A stretch of DNA of 49,309 nucleotides from an archaeon (GTDB lineage: Archaea; Nanobdellota; Nanobdellia; Pacearchaeales; UBA284). The stretch covers positions 1 through 49,309 of the forward strand of contig DAOWHW010000019.1 in the NCBI GenBank assembly GCA_030641225.1. Reading direction: 5' to 3'. Each line of letters begins with the position of its first letter. Within the stretch, counting starts at the first letter, position 1. Under the pieces are notes generated by a model. The model saw only the letters and a list, made by a program, of their open reading frames with translations. It ran no database searches and was not told where the DNA came from. Below are positions 1-8,946 of this stretch, piece after piece. The translations under genes and the position numbers were made by a program.

Positions 1-1643
1 GTTGTAGAATAAGCATAAGCAATATCTTTATACTGGTCAATTGCTTCTTTATATATGGCTTCTATTTCTTTTGTATAATGGACCTGAACAGGTCCTTCTA
101 CAGAAACTAATTCTAAAAGAGAATAACCTATTTCTTTTTTACCAGTATATTTTTTAAGAACATAAATATCTAAATCTTTTAATTCCCTATATTTTAAAAA
201 TTCTGCTTTAATTTCTTTTTTCCATGTTCCCTCAGGCATTACACTAAGTGTTATTTCTCTCTTACTTTTTATATAATTATAGATTATTTCAATAGCTTTT
301 TGTTTTGTTTTTGATTTTTCAGCAAATGGTTCTCCTCCAGGTCTTCTAAATAAAACCACTATACCAAGAAGTCCTTCTTTACCCATGGCAAATTCTTTTC
401 CAACAAAACCAACATAAATATGATTTTTTTTATCACTGTCTTTTTTGAATAACTCTAAATCAGTTCCAATACTAACTTTTTTAGAATATTCTGGTTTTGC
501 GCCTTCTTTTATATTAAGATTTGCTTCAAGATCTTCTATTAATAAAGTTTTTGGCTCTTTAGAACCACATCTAATTTTAACATTTCCAGCATAAGAATAA
601 GGTGAAGGATTAATTGTAACAACATAACAATCTGAATCTTGTATTTCATCCCCTTCGCCAAGTAAGAGTTCATCACCATTAACAATTAACCTAACTCTAG
701 TTTTTGGAACAGAAATTTCATCTAACCTTAAAGTTACTCCAGCACCACAATAAAATCCTGGCAACATAATTTCATCTCTCTTGCCTGGCTCAACACCAAC
801 ACGCAATTCTCTTATAATTGGCGCTGAATTTGCATTTGTGTAAATAGCAATCTTAGCAGTATTTGGCCCTGTAATTTCTTTTAATCTTACATAACCTTTA
901 CTTCTCCAGAAACTATACTTCTTGTAATTATTAAGCCATTCTTCTTGAGTCAGTAATGGAAGAATAAACTGATTTTCATTAATTCCATAGGTTTTTGCAA
1001 CATCATATTTAAGTTTAACAGAAATTTCTGCTTCTACTTTGTCAGGCATCTTAGCCTCAACTGGCTGTCTTTTTAAGTTTATAAGAAGATAACCAAGATT
1101 AGACATACTTGGTGTTCCTTCAAAACTTCCTGGTTTTTGTTCTGGTGATGCATAATAACTTAAAGCATATTTTGCAGGAACAAAAGTTATATAAGCAATC
1201 TGATGAGATCTTTTTTCAACTCTTGGAGTAATACTCTTAATATAAGGAACCTGAATCAGCGGATTTATTTTAATTCCAGTCATTCTACAAAAAACAGGAA
1301 CATCTTGTTCTTCAAGCAAATCAGATCTAACAACAGCAGGACTACATGCATCAGGAGAAATCTCAATAATAAAATCCATTCCAGTCTTATTACAATAAGA
1401 ATCTTCCCATGGTACCTGCATCCATGGACTCACCTCAGCAGTTGGATAAATATATGGCTCTCTCAAAGTTTGCTCAAAAAATTCTGGAGGCAATTCTTGT
1501 TCAAAGGGTGGAGCAGGAGGCATAACTAAGTTTGATTGTTGAGCTTTAACTCCTGCTATTAAAAATATTCCTAATATCAGAGTTGTAATGAGAATTATAA
1601 AAATTAAAAATCCTTTTGCTTGTTTTTTATTTTTTATTTTCAT
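1..1643 (-). CDS. Large secreted or surface protein, C-terminus cut by the window edge (at least 547 aa); N-terminal basic stretch plus hydrophobic helix
   Basis: Absent from the ORF track because it runs off the edge. My reverse-complement translation from the ATG at 1643-1641 gives MKIKNKKQAKGFLIFIILITTLILGIFLIAGVKAQQSNLVMPPAPPFEQELPPEFFEQ... The frame is open where I checked carefully (1-60, 601-660, 1441-1643). It lies 13 nt downstream of the 620-aa gene on the same strand. Confidence 0.6.
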   Translation of the reverse strand, partial: MKIKNKKQAKGFLIFIILITTLILGIFLIAGVKAQQSNLVMPPAPPFEQELPPEFFEQTLREPYIYPTAEVSPWMQVPWEDSYCNKTGMDFIIEISPDACSPAVVRSDLLEEQDVPVFCRMTGIKINPLIQVPYIKSITPRVEKRSHQIAYITFVPAKYALSYYASPEQKPGSFEGTPSMSNLGYLLINLKRQPVEAKMPDKVEAEISVKLKYDVAKTYGINENQFILPLLTQEEWLNNYKKYSFWRSKGYVRLKEITGPNTAKIAIYTNANSAPIIRELRVGVEPGKRDEIMLPGFYCGAGVTLRLDEISVPKTRVRLIVNGDELLLGEGDEIQDSDCYVVTINPSPYSYAGNVKIRCGSKEPKTLLIEDLEANLNIKEGAKPEYSKKVSIGTDLELFKKDSDKKNHIYVGFVGKEFAMGKEGLLGIVVLFRRPGGEPFAEKSKTKQKAIEIIYNYIKSKREITLSVMPEGTWKKEIKAEFLKYRELKDLDIYVLKKYTGKKEIGYSLLELVSVEGPVQVHYTKEIEAIYKEAIDQYKDIAYAYST

Positions 1644-1656
1644 CTTATTTAATAAA

Positions 1657-3519
1657 TTAAGATAATAGCGTAATTTGTAATTCACTGATGTCAATAAGAC
1701 CATAGATATCACCCAACTCAAATATATTGGTTGGAATATCAAATGAGGATGTTTCAATTCTAATTCTTGATGCGCTGAGCAGTTCAGATTCTGTTACTGA
1801 AAATTCAGTTTTGCCACCACCAAATAATACGTTTGTTAGAGTTTGTTCTGGAACTTCAATATCAAAACATTGCTCTTGCATTGCTCCAAAAATTCCTGCA
1901 ATTCCACCAGCAGGAACTTTAATACATTTTTCAACTTGCTGACTTTCAAGACTAATAGATGATTCTTTGAATAAGCTAACAGAAACTTCGTAGGTTCCTT
2001 CACTTAACTCAATTTGTTTTTGTTCAGGATAATAAATACTTGTACTATAGTCTTCTGAAACAAAGTTAATTATAGCATATTCATCTGATCCCAAATTAAG
2101 ATCTAAATTAAGTGTATGAACGGGATTTAGGAAAATGTTTGCTACAAAAGCTCCTGTGCTTGAAACCTGTATTTTTGTGTTAACATATCCAGGAGCTTTA
2201 GCAATTAGAAAGCCATTATAACATTGTGGTAGAAATGTTTTCAGAGAAGCTTTTCCCTCGCTGATAGTAGTTCTTCCAACATCACAAATCTGGTTAAAGC
2301 ATTTATAACCAATATCAGCTTCTAAAGGATATGTTTGTTCACTATAAGTAAAAATGGTTGCTTGTTGTGTTCTATGCTGACAAATATCAAAGATAACTTC
2401 TTCGCTCTCAACATCAGGAGCTTCTTTTACAGTATTTTTATCAATAATAACAAGAACTGGGAACTGAAAGACATCTTCCTCTTTAATAATCTGGATTAGG
2501 ACTGGAAACTTCAAATCATAGATAAAATGATAAGGGACATAACAAAAGCCTACAGCACTGAGAATTCCAAAACCAGGCTGATTACCCATAGGATCAGCTC
2601 TCATAATACCATTTTCAGAAGGCCATACCTCAAAAACATGTGGCATCTTTCTAGAATAAAGAAAATAAACCTGCTCATCAATTCTTCTACCAACATCAAC
2701 TTCAAAATAACTATGCTCAGCATTACTAAAACTATAATAAGACCCTGAAACTTTTATTGCTCCAATATTGCCTTCAAGAGCTTCATTAATCTCTTTTCTA
2801 AGCTCAGATATAAGCCAGGTTTTAGGTGCACAGCTTAATTCAATACCTGTAACAGGAGCATATAATCTCAAAACATCGATTGCATAATTATCTAAAAACA
2901 AATCTTTCTTTTCAGATTCATATATTGTATTTGCAGTATCATAAAGTTGTCCAAAATTACTCCTAGTTATAACTTTATGATCTATTATTCTGGCTTTTGC
3001 ATCTTCAAATTCAATATTAAGAGGCCACTTAACATTAATATCAATAGAATTTTTCTTTATATCGACATCAATAACTGGACTACCTTCTAATTCTATATCA
3101 TAGTTATTATTAAGAAAATTACTAAGGTCACATTCTTGTATTTTCTCTTCCAGATAATCTGAAAATTGCTGTTCAATTTCTCTAAGTTCTGGTCTCTGCT
3201 CTCTAGCAAGATTATTCCCAGAAACATAAAACCAATAAGGAACTTCCATGCCAATGAAATTCAGACGAGAGGAAAATGGCATATATTCAGAACCTGATTC
3301 AAATTCTGGCAAATCTAAATAGCCAGCTTGCATGCCAGCAATCTTAGATGTATCTTTTACATGTCCAGAAATACATTCTACTAAATAGTCTTCAACAGGT
3401 TGAATTTTAGTAGGAATAGCTACTCTTGTTCTTCTAATATAAATGAAAGAGAAGAGAGCAGCAGCTAACACAACCACAGCTATTATTATAAAAAGAGTAA
3501 CTTGTGCTTTTTTCTGCAT
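1657..3519 (-). CDS. Large (620 aa) secreted or surface protein with a prepilin-like N-terminus
   Basis: The N-terminus MQKKAQVTLFIIIAVVVLAAALF has basic residues, then Ala-Gln, then about 20 hydrophobic residues. This matches the pilin-like genes at 15.7-21.8 kb. The remainder is hydrophilic with scattered Cys. The C-terminal part (GFLIAKAPGYVNTKIQV...) looks like a beta-sandwich. No catalytic motif recognised. GAGG lies upstream of the ATG. Confidence 0.7.
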   Translation of the reverse strand: MQKKAQVTLFIIIAVVVLAAALFSFIYIRRTRVAIPTKIQPVEDYLVECISGHVKDTSKIAGMQAGYLDLPEFESGSEYMPFSSRLNFIGMEVPYWFYVSGNNLAREQRPELREIEQQFSDYLEEKIQECDLSNFLNNNYDIELEGSPVIDVDIKKNSIDINVKWPLNIEFEDAKARIIDHKVITRSNFGQLYDTANTIYESEKKDLFLDNYAIDVLRLYAPVTGIELSCAPKTWLISELRKEINEALEGNIGAIKVSGSYYSFSNAEHSYFEVDVGRRIDEQVYFLYSRKMPHVFEVWPSENGIMRADPMGNQPGFGILSAVGFCYVPYHFIYDLKFPVLIQIIKEEDVFQFPVLVIIDKNTVKEAPDVESEEVIFDICQHRTQQATIFTYSEQTYPLEADIGYKCFNQICDVGRTTISEGKASLKTFLPQCYNGFLIAKAPGYVNTKIQVSSTGAFVANIFLNPVHTLNLDLNLGSDEYAIINFVSEDYSTSIYYPEQKQIELSEGTYEVSVSLFKESSISLESQQVEKCIKVPAGGIAGIFGAMQEQCFDIEVPEQTLTNVLFGGGKTEFSVTESELLSASRIRIETSSFDIPTNIFELGDIYGLIDISELQITLLS

Positions 3520-3615
3520 TTGGGGCGCCTCTTTTTTTCTCTCTTCTCTTTCGATGAAAAGAAAAATGTCTATATAAATCTTATCACAACTATTGGAATA
3601 AAACGCAAAATTTCT

Positions 3616-3969
3616 TTAAAATTTAAATGGTTTTGCAAATTGTCCAACAACTGGTAATGGGACTTTCTTTCCTGTTAGTGAGTTAACCATTCCAATAATC
3701 CAAATTACTAGCATAAATACTAACAATGCTCCAGCTACTACCCAACCAAAAAAAGGTATAATAGCCATTATAGAAGATATTATTGACACTATAATCCAAG
3801 CAATAATTAAGACAATTCCTTGTTTACAATGGTAAATACTAAAATCAGTTCTCTCATTCTTTGTTACTAAAACAATTATTATCCCAACTATTGGAATAAA
3901 ATAACACAGAAATGCGAAGATTTTTTCTGTATTCTCATCAGCTGTCTTTTTTTTCCTCTTTTTTATCAT
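3616..3969 (-). CDS. Small integral membrane protein (DUF4870-like)
   Basis: 117 aa with three hydrophobic segments. The pattern FAFLCYFIPIVGIIIVLV...ERTDFSIYHCKQGIVL resembles the DUF4870 / Tic20-like small membrane family. Confidence 0.5.
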   Translation of the reverse strand: MIKKRKKKTADENTEKIFAFLCYFIPIVGIIIVLVTKNERTDFSIYHCKQGIVLIIAWIIVSIISSIMAIIPFFGWVVAGALLVFMLVIWIIGMVNSLTGKKVPLPVVGQFAKPFKF

Positions 3970-4032
3970 TTTTGTTTTTTATTTATTTTTATTTATTTAA
4001 CTATCTGTTTTTTATTTATATAAGTTATGGAG

Positions 4033-4105
4033 TGGGCCCGACCAGAATTGAACTGGCGATCTTTGCCACGTCAAGGCAATGTCATAACCACTAGACCACG
4101 GGCCC
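4033..4105 (-). tRNA. tRNA-Val (anticodon GAC)
   Basis: The reverse complement GGGCCCGTGGTCTAGTGGTTATGACATTGCCTTGACGTGGCAAAGATCGCCAGTTCAATTCTGGTCGGGCCCA folds as a cloverleaf. The 7-bp acceptor is GGGCCCG/CGGGCCC. The anticodon stem is TTGCC/GGCAA with loop TTGACGT, and the T-loop is TTCAATT. No encoded CCA. Confidence 0.9.
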
Positions 4106-4143
4106 AATAAAAACATAAAGAAAAGAGAATTTAAAAATATTAA

Positions 4144-4539
4144 CTATCCTTTACCAAAAATAAATCCTACGCCGGCAGAAGCACCAGACTCAAGCTCTTC
4201 AATTTTTTTCTTTATTTTTTCATGCTCAGTATTTTCCAAAATCTTAGCTCCAGCATCTAAAAGCGTTTTTTCATTCCTCTCAAAAAAATCAGCGTCAGCA
4301 TCAATATAAAGATAATTGTATTTTTTATCCATGCCAAGTGCTTTGGCATCTCTTATAATATAGCCCTGTCTTTTAAATTCATTAATCTGCCATTCTTTAG
4401 CCTTCTCAACCTTAGTGCCTTTTTTACCAGCCTCTTTTTCTATTTCGACATCTAACTCACCAATTGCTTTTTCAGGGGCCTCAAGAATATTTTTCACACT
4501 AGATAATTTATCTGATGGAATCTCATAAATTTTTATCAT
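4144..4539 (-). CDS. Hypothetical soluble protein, 131 aa
   Basis: Clean ORF whose start overlaps the upstream gene's stop by 4 nt, suggesting operon-style coupling. Charged and helical-looking, with no motif recognised. Confidence 0.5.
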   Translation of the reverse strand: MIKIYEIPSDKLSSVKNILEAPEKAIGELDVEIEKEAGKKGTKVEKAKEWQINEFKRQGYIIRDAKALGMDKKYNYLYIDADADFFERNEKTLLDAGAKILENTEHEKIKKKIEELESGASAGVGFIFGKG

Positions 4540-4802
4540 TTTTTCTTAGATAAATTAACCCCATAAGAATTTTTAATCTTTTTAATTGTTCCACAATCCA
4601 TACAGATATCATAAACAATAAATTTAAGTGTATTTTTAGATACCATTATTTTTTCTTTAAGATTATAAGATCCACATCTAATACAAATATCATCTGAATT
4701 TTTTAGATCCTTAAAATATTTTCTAATAGAATTATAAATGTTCCCGAATATTCTTCTATTTCCTTTCTCATTCTCATTTTGTATCTTATTATCTAAATTC
4801 AT
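4536..4802 (-). CDS. Small zinc-ribbon protein
   Basis: 88 aa with two CxxC pairs (CIRCGSYNL ... CMDCGTIKK) spaced like a zinc ribbon. Confidence 0.5.
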   Translation of the reverse strand: MNLDNKIQNENEKGNRRIFGNIYNSIRKYFKDLKNSDDICIRCGSYNLKEKIMVSKNTLKFIVYDICMDCGTIKKIKNSYGVNLSKKK

Positions 4803-4901
4803 TTTAATCTCCTTTATTTTATTATATTTTAAAAAACATTTCTCTTATAAAGCTTTCTATTGTCACTACTACCTAATAACACAATAAGAAAGAATATTGT
4901 G

Positions 4902-5168
4902 TTATTTTTTCTTGAGCATATCTAAATAAAGATCACATTCCTCATAATTATGCATACAATGCTTTTTTAATGTTTTAATATCAATTCTGCTTAAAAATTT
5001 AGGACAAGGAAAAAATTTTTTACAATAATAAAAAAATTTGCCTTCTTTCTTTAAATTTACGCATATTTGTTTTCCTTCTAATTGGGATTCTAAATCTAAA
5101 ATCTCTTTCTTTTCTTTATCTGAGACAAACTTATCAAGATTATTTCCAGTTTCTGATTCAGATGACAT
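4902..5168 (-). CDS. Small Cys/His-rich hypothetical protein
   Basis: 88 aa with an acidic N-terminus and a Cys cluster (YYCKKFFPCPKF...KKHCMHNYEEC). It starts 12 nt from tRNA-Thr. Confidence 0.4.
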   Translation of the reverse strand: MSSESETGNNLDKFVSDKEKKEILDLESQLEGKQICVNLKKEGKFFYYCKKFFPCPKFLSRIDIKTLKKHCMHNYEECDLYLDMLKKK

Positions 5169-5179
5169 TTTCCCCTTAA

Positions 5180-5252
5180 AGCCTCAGGAGGGAGCCGAAC
5201 CCTCGACCTACGGTTTACAAGACCGTTGCTCTACCAACTGAGCTACTGAGGC
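5180..5252 (-). tRNA. tRNA-Thr (anticodon UGU)
   Basis: The reverse complement GCCTCAGTAGCTCAGTTGGTAGAGCAACGGTCTTGTAAACCGTAGGTCGAGGGTTCGGCTCCCTCCTGAGGCT folds as a cloverleaf. The acceptor is GCCTCAG/CTGAGGC. The anticodon stem is ACGGT/ACCGT with loop CTTGTAA, and the T stem is GAGGG/CCCTC. Confidence 0.9.
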
Positions 5253-5278
5253 ATGAAAATAGGTGTCTTAGAAAACTT

Positions 5279-5689
5279 TTAAACTTTATCTTTGTTATTG
5301 AAAAATACTTGGAGATCTTTAATAACCCCATTATCTTGTGGCATCATCTTAAGATTTTTTGCTTCTTCTAAACTGAATAAGGCCATTTCTTTCCCTTCTT
5401 TTTGCTCAAATTGCGAAGTATTTGCAAAATGTATTAGAAAAATATTGAGTTCGAAATGATGTTCTTCGGTTTCAAAAATATGCTTCTTAAAAAAAGAAAA
5501 TTCCTTAACTTTATAGGTCAATTCTTCCTCAATTTCTCTTATTAAAGCTTGTTCAGGAGTTTCATTTTCCTCAATCCCTCCTCCAAAAAAAGCCCATTCT
5601 TCACCCCATTTACTTATGCCTTCCCTGTTCTGAAGTAGAATCTTATTCTCTTTATTATAAAATATTGCGACAGAAACTTCTCTTCTCAT
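5279..5689 (-). CDS. NUDIX hydrolase
   Basis: The Nudix box is readable: GGGIEENETPEQALIREIEEEL (Gx5Ex7REUxEExGU pattern). Confidence 0.8.
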   Translation of the reverse strand: MRREVSVAIFYNKENKILLQNREGISKWGEEWAFFGGGIEENETPEQALIREIEEELTYKVKEFSFFKKHIFETEEHHFELNIFLIHFANTSQFEQKEGKEMALFSLEEAKNLKMMPQDNGVIKDLQVFFNNKDKV

Positions 5690-5690
5690 T

Positions 5691-6227
5691 TTATTTAACT
5701 TTTTCTATCTTAACAATCCTTAATTCACAGACTGCCAAAGGATAGATTTTTTTCAGCTTCTTGCTCAGCTGTTTTTGTATTATTGCACTTACAATTTCTT
5801 GAAAGAGTTTAGGTCTTATCTTATCCTCCACTGTTTTCATTAAGAATTCCTTTGCAGTTTCTCTTAAAGCTTTCCTAACAGATCTGTGAACTCTTTTTCT
5901 TGTAATAAGAAACGGCTTCAATCTAATTTCTATATTTTTATCTTTGATTTTACATTTAAAAGAATCTTCAACAATGCTCACGCCCCTATTAATTAAACGT
6001 CTTATATAAGAAGGATGAAGTCTAAATTCATATATTTCGCCAATAAGTTTATCATCTTTTTTTCTGACAATAAAACGACCTTCGCAATTTTTTCCTTTCA
6101 AAATCTTTGTAAGATCAAATTTAATTATCTTATTTTCAAGATCTTCTGGCTTAAAGGCTAGTAAACTAATAATAGTGCCAAAAATTTCAAGTTTTACATC
6201 AAAATATTTTTTCTTAGCTATAGCCAT
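5691..6227 (-). CDS. rps3ae: 30S ribosomal protein S3Ae (eS1)
   Basis: The length and pattern match archaeal S3Ae: MAIAKKKYFDVKLEIFG..., FRLHPSYIRRLINRG (compare HELTRDYLRSLVRR) and a C-terminal IYPL...ELRIVKIEKV. It is adjacent to L44e. Confidence 0.7.
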   Translation of the reverse strand: MAIAKKKYFDVKLEIFGTIISLLAFKPEDLENKIIKFDLTKILKGKNCEGRFIVRKKDDKLIGEIYEFRLHPSYIRRLINRGVSIVEDSFKCKIKDKNIEIRLKPFLITRKRVHRSVRKALRETAKEFLMKTVEDKIRPKLFQEIVSAIIQKQLSKKLKKIYPLAVCELRIVKIEKVK

Positions 6228-6268
6228 TTTATTTATTTGTTTTTTATTTTTGTTCTTATTTTTTTATC

Positions 6269-6601
6269 TTATTTTATTTTTTTCTTCTTTTCCTCAAAGA
6301 CTACTCTTCCTGCTCTCTTTCCTTTTTTTTGGATGGCACTTTTACCACATTCCTTACAAGTATAAATTAAACTTGTTTTTTTGGTGCTTTTTGATTTTCT
6401 TTTCCATTTTGTAATAGCTGGTTTACTTCCCCATCTTCCAAGATTGCCTTTGCCTCTTCCTAATCCTCTTTTTCTAACTCGTTCTAGAGAGCCTCTTTTC
6501 AGAGCTCCTCTTTGGTGTCCTGTCTTTGCTTGAGTAATTTTTTGTTCTGTATGTTTCTTACAATATGGACAATATCTTCTTGTCTTTCTTGGAATTTTCA
6601 T
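6269..6601 (-). CDS. rpl44e: 50S ribosomal protein L44e (eL42)
   Basis: MKIPRKTRRYCPYCKKHTEQK ... YTCKECGKS shows the characteristic N-terminal CPYCKKHT motif and second CxxC pair of L44e. Confidence 0.85.
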   Translation of the reverse strand: MKIPRKTRRYCPYCKKHTEQKITQAKTGHQRGALKRGSLERVRKRGLGRGKGNLGRWGSKPAITKWKRKSKSTKKTSLIYTCKECGKSAIQKKGKRAGRVVFEEKKKKIK

Positions 6602-6603
6602 TT

Positions 6604-7179
6604 TTATTTTGTTTCAATTAGAATAGCTTTTTCATCTCCCAAAAGGATCTGTGCTATTTCCTGAGGAAGATTAGCTATATCTCCTAATTTAAATGGACCA
6701 AGTTCAGTGCCTTCTTCATCAAGAAAGGCTGATACATCTTCTTTAAACCTAATTAAAATATTTTTTAAATCTTTCTTCTCTTCATTTGCCTGACCATTCA
6801 ATTTTTGTATTACTATTTTTTGATTTTCCTCAAGTTTCCCTACAGTTATTTCAAAAAGTTCTTTTTCATGTTTCAATAGATTATCAGTATCTCCCTTGTT
6901 AATTCCAGTAAGGGCAGCTGTAAATGCAAGGTTCAGAACTTTACGTTCACGAATTGCAATAATCTCTTTAATTATTGATAAAGTATTATCAAGTTGTTTT
7001 CTTGTCATTCTTACAGTATCTGAAAATAATTCAGTATTTTTCTGTTCCCTGTTAATAATTTCCTTCTTTTCATGAAGATAAGAGGCTATTTCCTCCAAAA
7101 AATTCTTTGGAAGCTGTTGTAAAGCTTCATTATACTTTTCGTTCCGTAATATATCATAAATTTTTTGATAAGTTATCAT
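6604..7179 (-). CDS. Possible GINS subunit (Gins51/Sld5-like)
   Basis: The N-terminus IYDILRNEKYNEALQQLPKNFLEEIASYLHEKK and the later helix IIKEIIAIRERKVLNLA resemble the A-domain pattern of archaeal Gins51. This is from recollection only. Confidence 0.4.
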   Translation of the reverse strand: MITYQKIYDILRNEKYNEALQQLPKNFLEEIASYLHEKKEIINREQKNTELFSDTVRMTRKQLDNTLSIIKEIIAIRERKVLNLAFTAALTGINKGDTDNLLKHEKELFEITVGKLEENQKIVIQKLNGQANEEKKDLKNILIRFKEDVSAFLDEEGTELGPFKLGDIANLPQEIAQILLGDEKAILIETK

Positions 7180-7233
7180 TTTCCCTTAGCTTAGCATTAT
7201 AAAGAGATAATAAGAATTTAAAAATCTTCTTGC

Positions 7234-7833
7234 TTAACATTTAATATTATACTCAAAGTAATTATCATATGGCATTTTAATTTTCATCATGTTCTTTATA
7301 GAAAATTTCTCAAAATATCTTCTAAAGGGTCTCATAGAATTTCCGTGAGCTGAAAGTGCAACATTAACATTATTCTTTTTAATAAAGACTAATAAATCTT
7401 TTATAAAACTCCTCACTCTTTTTTCGACCATTTTAATGCTCTCGCCGCCTGGTGGAGGAACATTATATGATCTATGAATTATATCAAATTTTTTCTTTCC
7501 ATATTTTTCTATGAATTTCTTGTGACTTTTGCCCTGGAGTCTCCCATAACTTCGCTCAATCATTTTATCATTTTGAATCAAAATCTTGCATTCTGGATGA
7601 TATTTCAAAACTTCTTTTAAGGTTTCTTTGGAGCGAGATAGTCTTGTAAAAAAAGCAGCATCTATCTTTTTATTTTTTAATTTTTTTGCGATAATTTTGG
7701 CTTGCTTAATACCAAGTGGAGTTAATTCTGAGTCTCTCCATCCAGTGAACCATCTTTTCTTATTATAATATGTCTGTCCATGTCTAAACAGATAAATTTT
7801 ACATACCTTTTTCCTCTTTTTTCTTTTTATCAT
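7234..7833 (-). CDS. Histidine phosphatase family protein (dPGM-like)
   Basis: Contains RHGQTYYNKKRWFTGWRDSELTPLG (RHG catalytic motif, FTGW) and SAHGNSMRPF (second catalytic His), as in cofactor-dependent phosphoglycerate mutase-type enzymes. Confidence 0.75.
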   Translation of the reverse strand: MIKRKKRKKVCKIYLFRHGQTYYNKKRWFTGWRDSELTPLGIKQAKIIAKKLKNKKIDAAFFTRLSRSKETLKEVLKYHPECKILIQNDKMIERSYGRLQGKSHKKFIEKYGKKKFDIIHRSYNVPPPGGESIKMVEKRVRSFIKDLLVFIKKNNVNVALSAHGNSMRPFRRYFEKFSIKNMMKIKMPYDNYFEYNIKC

Positions 7834-7906
7834 AAAAAATGATATTAAAACAAAGTATTAAAAACTATCGTGAATTAATTTTTTTATATCAGAAAAAAAT
7901 TAGAAA

Positions 7907-8914
7907 ATGTTCAATCTTCTTAAGAAAAAGTTCAAACAAATATTTAGCAAAACAAAAAAAGAATTAGAAAAACAAACAAAGGAAAAAGAAAAAGAGATTA
8001 GAGAAGAAATTAAGGAGAAGCCAGAAAAGAAACAAAGACTCTTAACCAAGTTAAAGAAACTAGCTACTACAACCAAGCTAAGAGAAGAAAATTTTGATAA
8101 ATTCTTTTCTGATCTCGAAATTATACTTATTGAAAATAATGTGGCCTTAGAAGCCATCGCATTTTTAAAACAAAAGCTAAAGAAGGATATAATTGGAAAG
8201 GAAATTAAGAGAAAAAATATAGAAGACGAAATTAAAAAAAGTCTTCAAGAAGCTATAAATGAGCTTTTGATTGAGCCTTTTGATCTTGTTAGTAAAATAA
8301 AGGAAAAAGTCAAAGAAGAGAAACCCTATACTATTGTTTTTTTTGGAATAAATGGGGGTGGTAAGACAACTACAATAGCCAAGTTGTGTTGGCTTCTAAA
8401 GAAACAAGGCCTGAGCTGTGTTCTTGCAGCAAGTGATACTTTTAGAGCAGCTGGTATAGAACAGTTAGAAAAACACGGCTCTAAACTTGGAGTGAAAATT
8501 ATTAAGCATAAATATGGGGCTGATCCTGCTGCTGTTGCTTATGATGCCATTGCACATGCTAAAGCCCAAGGAATAGATTGTGTTTTGATTGATACAGCAG
8601 GAAGAATTCATGTTAAAGCTGATTTAATGAGAGAGATGGAAAAAATTGTTAGAGTAGCAAAACCAGACCTTAAAATTTTTGTTGGTGAGGCAATAGTCGG
8701 AAATGATGTTATTGACCAAGCAAAAGCATTTCAGAAAGCTATAGGGATAGATGCAATAATTCTAAGCAAGGCTGATATTGATGAAAAAGGCGGAGCAATG
8801 ATTAGTGTTAGTTATATAACAAATAAGCCAATTATCTTTCTTGGAATTGGGCAGGAATATAACAAACTCAAAAAATTTGATAAGAAAGAGCTCATTAAGA
8901 GTATACTTAGTTAA
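7907..8914 (+). CDS. ftsY: Signal recognition particle receptor FtsY
   Basis: Lys/Glu-rich A-domain followed by an NG domain with GINGGGKTTTIAKL, DTAGR and SKADIDEKGG motifs. Confidence 0.9.
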   Translation: MFNLLKKKFKQIFSKTKKELEKQTKEKEKEIREEIKEKPEKKQRLLTKLKKLATTTKLREENFDKFFSDLEIILIENNVALEAIAFLKQKLKKDIIGKEIKRKNIEDEIKKSLQEAINELLIEPFDLVSKIKEKVKEEKPYTIVFFGINGGGKTTTIAKLCWLLKKQGLSCVLAASDTFRAAGIEQLEKHGSKLGVKIIKHKYGADPAAVAYDAIAHAKAQGIDCVLIDTAGRIHVKADLMREMEKIVRVAKPDLKIFVGEAIVGNDVIDQAKAFQKAIGIDAIILSKADIDEKGGAMISVSYITNKPIIFLGIGQEYNKLKKFDKKELIKSILS

Positions 8915-8946
8915 GTTTTATAAATAAGTTTATCTTCTTTAAAAAT

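Noticed and set aside
1203-1529. Listed + strand ORF of 108 aa
   Set aside because: It lies antisense inside the long edge-truncated minus-strand CDS (1-1643). The composition is low-complexity Asn/Ser/Arg typical of antisense frames in AT-rich genes.
3912-4094. Listed + strand ORF of 60 aa, and likewise 5038-5241
   Set aside because: Both run through tRNA genes (Val at 4033-4105, Thr at 5180-5252) and through antisense parts of real genes. They are artefacts.
4106-5179. tRNA-flanked islet of three small genes as an integrated element
   Set aside because: There is no integrase, no direct repeat of a tRNA 3' end that I could find, and the composition is like the surroundings.
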